Part shown: piece by piece, positions 60,198 to 64,000 of the stretch | How positions within the stretch are numbered: the stretch's first letter is position 1 | Layout: each line of letters starts with the position of its first letter | Assembly (NCBI GenBank): GCA_003693705.1 | Contig: RBZT01000259.1 | Coordinates: forward strand, 1-64,000 | Direction: 5' to 3' | Length of the DNA: 64,000 nucleotides | DNA from: Polymyxa betae A26-41 | Taxonomy: Eukaryota; Protista; Endomyxa: Phytomyxea | Notes under the pieces: generated by a model | Told to the model about the DNA's origin: nothing | What the model saw: only the letters and a program-made list of their open reading frames with translations | The model's database searches: none | Program-made: the position numbers and the translations under genes

Positions 60198-62016
60198 TCA
60201 ATTTGAAACCGCCCAGTCATCACAGTGGAATGCTCCAGGTCGATCGACGCGTTCAAATGTGTGTGCCCCGAAAAAATCACGCTGAGCTTGGGTCAAGTTC
60301 GCAGGCAAGCGATCACGGCGGTAGGCATCGAAATATGAAAGAGATGCTGAAAAAGCAGGGATGGAAACACCATTCGCAATAGCAATCTATAATCAGCTAT
60401 TAATGCAACATGGTTCGACCTGTTGCAGTATTACCTGAACAACTTTACGCCAGGCGAGTTGTCGCTGGTTGAGTTCGTTGGCGAATTCGGGGTCAGTAAG
60501 CAATGAGGTCAGGTTGGGATTACGTGTGTATGCCGATGTGATACGATCTAGGAATATTGCTCTAATGATGCAACCGCCTTGGTAACAATGAATGATCGTT
60601 TGTGAACCCAGATGACGTGATACCTTTCCAGATGCGAGCGATTTCGCCAAGATTCAAATTCCACTGTTTTGCCTTCCCTGCTGCTCGAATCAAGTTCATC
60701 CCCTGAAAAATATTGATGTTCCAAATCTACGGAAATTCGAATTCAGACCTGGGCGTAACTACAGATTTTGGACGCATATAATGCTTGTCGAACAGAATCG
60801 ATAAGTTCTTGCTTGGAGACCTGTGATGTCGGCAATGCAACATCTGGGATTGACAACTGAAAACGCAGCTCGAATCGGCGTTCAATCGGATTTACATTTC
60901 AGAATTGAAGAAGCCTGGACACGCTCCTCTTTTAAGGCACTCAAATACCGAGTGTCCAGTGCAGCCGTTATCGTAGACGCAGCAACGAACCGTTCGGCTG
61001 CTTCCTGGACAGTCATTTTTCCAGTTCCTTTCATGCCAGTTTTATCTGAAATAGTTCATGCCTTTCTGCCAGCGATTTGGAAGACAGCGAGACCCTTTAC
61101 CTAGGATTTTATCGACGAGATAGGCATCGGTTAAATAATCTTTCTTTTTGAAAATCTGTGCTGTGATCTCAATCAGGAACGACTGAAGTTCTCCCTAGAA
61201 AGTATTGATCAACTTGAAATTTACGAGTTGCTGATAGCCCACCTTATTCCAACCGGAAAAAACATCAGCGAGCTCTTCGTTGGAAAGACCCCCAACGTTC
61301 TTTAATATATCATAGGCCTCTGCAATCAGCTGCATGTCTCCATACTCGATTCCATTGTGAACCATTTTGACATAGTTTCCTGAACCTCCAGAGCCAATAT
61401 AAGTAACACAGGGTCCATCATTCACCTAGGAAGTTCTTGAACGCTCCAACAAGCAACAACGTTGACAAGTTACCTGTGCAGCAATTTTCTCTAATACAGG
61501 CTTGACACGCTGGTATGCTTCCAGCGGGCCACCAGGCATAAGAGATGGGCCATATCGAGCACCATCCTCACCACCAGAGACGCCCATACCCATATAATTG
61601 ATACCACGCTGGGCTAAAGCAGCAGCTCGACGTTCCGTGTTTTCATACCATTCGTTGCCGCCGTCGATAATCAGATCGCCAGCCTCTAATTCATCAGCTA
61701 ACCCAGCTATGGTCTGATCTACAGCAGAGCCAGCCGAAACTAACAGGATTACAGCTCGTGGTTTTTCCAAACTAACTCAATCGATCAGAGTAAAACTAGG
61801 GCGGCATAAATTTTCTTGCCTCTGAGCGAATTCTGCTAAAGTTTTGTATCCGTTGACACCATGAACCTTCTCCTCGTTAGCTCGTTTGATGCATTCTTCA
61901 GTACGAGCATAAGTACGATTATAGACCGAAATAGGGAACCCATGAGAAGCGATGTTCAAAGACAGATTCTGCCCCATGACACCCAAACCAATCAATCCAA
62001 TATGCGAAGGTGCCAT
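60198..62016 (-). CDS. gnd: 6-phosphogluconate dehydrogenase, decarboxylating
   Basis: [64 protein letters not shown] and [13 protein letters not shown]. Confidence 0.96.
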
Positions 62017-62921
62017 GACTTGACGAGCGATCTGATCTAGACGACGACGAGTTGATTGCTGAATGATAGGAATGGTTAAGATAGCGACTTTACAATGTGT
62101 TGTTAATATGGTGTCCGTAGGACGAACCTCGTCCGATCACTCTAGAAGATGGTCACCAACACAATCATATAAACATCCAGATAATTCTCGACTGGAAACA
62201 GATCCGACGGCGTGAAAATGCAGTCCTGCCGCTTCTGAGAAAGTTTGATAGATGATCCTGAGTCTGATGCTACCGACTACTGGTTATTTTATGTTTGCAG
62301 CAAAATGCCAATGCAGTTATAGCATGAATCTCATGAAAGCCCCGCGAAACCTCCATTAAATCAGGCGATTTTTCAATTGCGGCTTTACTGCCAATATGAT
62401 CTGGTATATACCTTCATGACGTTTTTTTCATTTCAATCGATGCCCAATTAATGGAGACATAGTATTGAATGCCAGAAACCGATCCAACTTTTATGCCTTT
62501 TTTTCGGAACCGTTCCACTTCGGATATAAATCTATAAACCCTATGAAGCCCAAGACAGCAGAAACGCTCTTCTAAGAATAGCGTTTAACTGGTCCTACCC
62601 GATTTTTTTTTAGAAATAAAATGCAAGCAGAAATTATCGATCTTGAGTATAAAATCCAGAATCCACATTAGAAACGAAACATTGCTTTTGTTTTTTTGAA
62701 TAGGTTGACAGCCGACGCCTGTGTCCATTCAAAAGATTCAACACGCTTTCTTGAATGTCAGTAAACACCAGGCCGATTGTAAAATATTCCTGGGAAATTT
62801 AATGCAGAAGTTGTAGTATAGCATGATAGCGCTAATAATGGGATAGATCATTGACTGCGTCACGGAGTTCGGGATTAGATCGTCACCTCTGCATCTTCGT
62901 CGTCGTCGTTGATATTGCAGG

Positions 62922-63419
62922 ATGCCTCACTCTTTCGGTTACCGAGCCCGAACCCGCGATTTGTTCGCTCGTGGATTTCGCCAGCATGGTCGTTTGAACC
63001 AGACCACGTATCTGCGAAACTACAAGCTCGGCGACTACGTTGATGTTGTCGGCAATGGTTCCATCCACAAGGGTATGCCACACAAATTCTACCACGGCAA
63101 GACCGGCAAGGTCTGGAACGTGTCTCCCCGCGCCATCGGTGTCATCATCAACAAGACCGTCGGAAACCGCGTTATGGCTAAGAAGATCCACGTCCGTATC
63201 GAGCACGTTCGCCCTTCTCGTTGCCAGGAGGACTTCAAGCAGCGTGTCAAGAAGAACCTGGAGATCAGCACGGCTAACAAGTCGCTGCCTGAAGACCAGA
63301 AGCTGCCTCGCAAGGCTAAGCGACAGCCAGCGGGTCAGACCCCAGGACACACTGTCAAGACCAAGAAGACCAAGGTCGAGCTTCTGCACGCCCAGTCTCA
63401 CGTCAGTTTCTATGTCTAA
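62922..63419 (+). CDS. RPL21: 60S ribosomal protein L21 (eL21)
   Basis: [15 protein letters not shown]...GDYVD...[19 protein letters not shown]. Intronless with strong codon bias. Confidence 0.97.
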   Translation: MPHSFGYRARTRDLFARGFRQHGRLNQTTYLRNYKLGDYVDVVGNGSIHKGMPHKFYHGKTGKVWNVSPRAIGVIINKTVGNRVMAKKIHVRIEHVRPSRCQEDFKQRVKKNLEISTANKSLPEDQKLPRKAKRQPAGQTPGHTVKTKKTKVELLHAQSHVSFYV

Positions 63420-63480
63420 ACAATTCCCATAGTAAATCTCTCTTTCAATCAATTGTTATACAATACGTTAGGACAATATT

Positions 63481-64000
63481 TTATTCGCCCACAATCTTGA
63501 TGATTCCTTTGGGTGTCAGACGTAGGGCTTCCAAGGTCTGGTCGTAATCGGATTCTTGATAGGCGTAGCGACCATCGGCAGATTTCAACGAAAATCCATT
63601 TTGACCAGAAAATTTCTCTGCTCTAAGTTAAAATCAGAACATAAGCGTATCAGAGCAAGATGTGAATAACCAACCTGGTAAATACCCAAGCAAACACGAT
63701 CCACAACGTGTCAGTAAGTTTAAATTCGGCAACCTCAGTCGAGCCGTTTGGGAATACGAACTGAATGAGAGTTTTGCTTGAAGACGGCGACGGCGCCGGA
63801 GAAGGTTGCATAACAACGGGTGTTTGGGGTATTTTATGCAGGTTTCCTTCAAATTCAAAGAAGGCAGCCACGGTAATCTCGAGATCCCATTTAAATCTGA
63901 AATACCACTGCAGATATTAGCATACGAACAACATTGAAGACACTAACTTGAACCTTTGCAGAAAGGCTAACCTGACCATAACATCAGAATCGGTGCCGAC
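63481..64000 (-). CDS. UBA-like + UBX domain protein, 5'-partial
   Basis: WDLEITVAAFFE (UBA-like), TLIQFVFPNGSTEVAEFKLTDTL and DQTLEALRLTPKGIIKI (UBX). Confidence 0.75.

Noticed and set aside
62017-62921. 905-bp AT-richer intergenic region
   Set aside because: No ORF, RNA gene or terminal repeats recognised. Most simply the divergent gnd/RPL21 promoter.
62883-63452. 189-aa antisense ORF over RPL21
   Set aside because: Shadow ORF caused by the strong codon bias of a highly expressed gene.

Overview
Compact, intron-rich eukaryotic genomic DNA (roughly mid-40s % GC by eye, introns of about 40-55 nt, intergenic gaps often under 300 bp) with about 30 protein-coding genes. No rRNA, tRNA, CRISPR or intact transposon was recognised. 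Flagellar genes (NME7, Dpy-30/RSP2-like, AKAP14-like) and this architecture suggest a zoosporic protist such as a plasmodiophorid (inference only). The right half is mostly housekeeping: JMJD5, CCA-adding enzyme, separase, hemerythrin, EMC1, ArfGEF-related proteins, 6PGD, RPL21, UBX. The left half is rich in orphan secreted proteins. The most striking observation is a dispersed family of six secreted His/Asp-rich small proteins, four of which share an N-terminal 'AG(D/E)xxxxVxxGDGH(I/V)D' motif. Four of the six, plus a secreted mucin-like gene, carry the AP-1/GCN4-type palindrome TGA(C/G)TCA (often paired) 60-165 bp upstream of the ATG. This looks like an undescribed co-regulated, metal-binding extracellular or spore-wall module. 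Other oddities: an RME-8 homolog lacking its J domain, a YeeE/YedE transporter lacking the motif cysteines, a SAM-fused CNG-like channel with a non-GYG filter, a separase with a CDK-site-rich C-terminal tail, an NLS-bearing DUF72 and an EW-type 6PGD. Exon structures were read by eye and are approximate.
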